Source of the DNA: Octopus sinensis
Lineage: Eukaryota
Assembly (NCBI RefSeq): GCF_006345805.1
Contig: NC_043006.1
Location: 67,642,001 to 67,706,000 of the forward strand
Length of the DNA: 64,000 bases
Direction: 5' to 3'
The notes under the pieces are model-generated. The model ran no database searches. It had not been told where the DNA came from and worked only from the letters and a program-made list of their open reading frames with translations. This document shows positions 61,861-64,000 of this stretch, piece after piece; the stretch's first letter is position 1, and each line of letters begins with the position of its first letter. Made by a program: the position numbers and the translations under genes.

Positions 61861-62371
61861 ACCCATTACACTCATGGAAAGTGGTCAATAAATGATGATG
61901 ATGATAATGCATAGGGATATTTAGTGTGTGAGCACACACACATATTAGTGTGTTATCATTTTTATGTCCACATTTCCAAGCTTGCATGGATCACTGATGC
62001 AGCTTTACTGCAGCTTGATGCTCTTCTGATCACCAACCGTCTCTAGCTATTTGGTACTCTGCCATTTTGGCTAACTGTAACCTCCTGTCATTGACCTGCT
62101 AGCTGGTCATTCAGTACTCTATTGTCTTAAACAGCCACCTCTACTATCCACTGACTTCTCGTCTACTCACCCAGTATCCTAAGAGCACAATGAACCCGGG
62201 GTCATTATTCCCCAAACCCTGTGGCCATTATCAACCCTTGTTATTATTAAAGTGTTGGTCTTTGTTTTGTTCCGATTTCTTTCTATTTAGAGATATATCT
62301 TTTACTTTTTATGTTTTAAAAATGAACTCATTTTGTAGTTGGTGTCTGTTTTCTTTTTTTATTTCTAACAG

Positions 62372-62521
62372 GATGCCGAGAAAAGAAGTCCGCTCCATGC
62401 TGCAGCTTTCTGCGGTGACCCAGAAATCACCGAGCTATTGCTCCAGAATGGGGCACGTGTCAACACAAAGGACAATCGATGGCTAACTCCTCTCCACAGA
62501 GCTTGCTGTTCGAAAAATGAT
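62372..62521 (+). CDS. ANKRD28/44/52: Coding exon 3 ([50 protein letters not shown])
   Basis: Polypyrimidine tract plus CAG at 62369-62371, donor GAT|GTAAGT, 150 nt, phase 0. Contains SPLH/TPLH ankyrin motifs. Not in the ORF track because it has no start codon in this frame. Confidence 0.95.
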
Positions 62522-62759
62522 GTAAGTATACTCTGATTTCTCACCTGCTCACACTTGGCTGTCACCTGGGTATGGTGACATCTTAGTACCCAAGGTACAG
62601 ACCTTGCATATTGTTGGGTCTTCTCTGCTGGGTGCATTTTTGACTTTCATTGCTCCATCTACCAACACGAGCATGGCCTTGTGGTTAAGAAGTTTAGTCC
62701 ACAGCCGTGTGGTTTTAGGTTGGATCCCACTGTGCAGCACCTACCAAACCAACCAGTAC

Positions 62760-63600
62760 CCTAATTATTCTTTCTACTATAAGCACAAAGCCTGAAATTT
62801 TGTAGAAAGGAGTGTCATTGATTGCATTAACCCCAGTTGTACTTATTTTATCAACCTTGGAAAAATGAAAGGCAAAGCTGACTCTGGCAGAATTTGAACT
62901 TAAGATGTAAAGACTAATAATAAAAATAGTTTCAGATTTTAGCACAAAGCCAGCAAATTGATTCCATCAACCTCCATTACTTGACTGATACCTATTTTAT
63001 TGATCTCGAAAGTATGAAAAGCAAATTTTGAACTCAATGTAAAAGGTTGGAAGAAATGCTGCTAAGCACTTACTCATATGTGCTAATGATTCAACCAGCT
63101 TGCCACCATCATAATAATAATAATAATCCTTTCTACTATAGGCACAAGGCCTGAAATTGGGGGTGGGGCAGAGACCAGTCAATTACATTGACCCCAGTGT
63201 TTTACTGGTACTTTATTTATCAACCCTGAAAGGATGAAAAGCAAAGTCAACTTCAATGGAATTTGAACTCAAAATGCAGCGACAGGCAAAATACCTATTT
63301 CTTTACTACCCACAAAGGTCTAAACACAGAGAGAACAAACAAGGACAGACAAACGGATTAAGTTGATTATATCAACCCCAGTGCGTAACTGGTACTTATG
63401 TAATTGACCCCGAAAGGATGAAAGGCAAAGTCGACCTCGGAATTTGAACTCAGAACGTAGCGACAGACGAAATACTGCTAAGCATTTCACCCAGCGTTCT
63501 AACGTTTCTGCCAGCTTGCCTGAAATTTTGCAGGAGAGAGCTAGTTGATGGCATTGACCCCAGTGCTTAACTGGTATTTATTTAATTGACCCCCAGAATA
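62760..63600 (-). mobile_element. Cluster of 4-5 same-orientation SINE-B copies filling intron 3
   Basis: Repeated GAAAGGATGAAAGGCAAAGTCGAC..GGAATTTGAACTC modules. Confidence 0.85.
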
Positions 63601-63681
63601 ATAACAATTGCTACTTTTTTAAAACTTTGGCTTGCTTTTAATGTTCTATAGATCTATTCATTGTTCAAATTTGTTTTACAG

Positions 63682-63882
63682 GACGTCGTTGAGTGTCTTC
63701 TTAGACATCAGGCTGATGTTAATGCCCGAGATAAAAATTGGCAGACTCCTCTCCACGTTGCAGCTGCAAACAATGCCGTAAAATGTGCAGAATACTTGAT
63801 TCCCATGTTAACCAATGTAAATGTGTCTGATCGTGCAGGGCGCACAAGTTTGCATCATGCAGCATTCAATGGACACATAAAG
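63682..63882 (+). CDS. ANKRD28/44/52: Coding exon 4 ([67 protein letters not shown])
   Basis: Acceptor ttttacag, donor AAG|GTAAGC, 201 nt. The segment [25 protein letters not shown]...[16 protein letters not shown] is diagnostic of this family. Confidence 0.96.
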
Positions 63883-64000
63883 GTAAGCAAATAACACAAC
63901 CACCACCACCACTACAAACAACAACAACAACAACAGTGTGTGCATCACAGTATGACAAGAACCCAGGTTTAACCCACACTTGCTAGATGGGATCTCCCTC

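Overview
AT-rich, microsatellite- and retroposon-dense eukaryotic DNA. The SINE, RTE-LINE and MITE families look like those of octopus/cephalopod genomes (inference from family recognition, not a database hit). One host gene is supported: the 5' part of a + strand PP6 regulatory ankyrin-repeat subunit (ANKRD28/44/52 family). Its four coding exons are 4319-4345, 58563-58646, 62372-62521 and 63682-63882, all joined in phase 0 by GT-AG introns, with a 54.2-kb first intron; the gene continues past the window. Intron 1 holds a 5'-truncated, nearly intact RTE LINE (RT with an inserted C4HC3 finger and one nonsense codon), an older RTE relic, many RTE 3' ends, several tRNA-headed SINE families, piggyBac-, mariner/Tc1- and hAT-type MITEs, several minisatellites and multiple fold-back elements. 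The most notable observations are (i) two fold-back elements carrying minimal type-I hammerhead ribozyme motifs with palindromic stem III (Penelope-like) in the sense strand of the pre-mRNA, (ii) a back-to-back pair of perfect hairpins with identical TCT loops, (iii) a candidate AG|GT recursive splice site, and (iv) minisatellites visibly born from retroposon sequence. Almost all short ORFs in the supplied track are microsatellite or repeat artefacts. Repeat boundaries were read by eye and are approximate.
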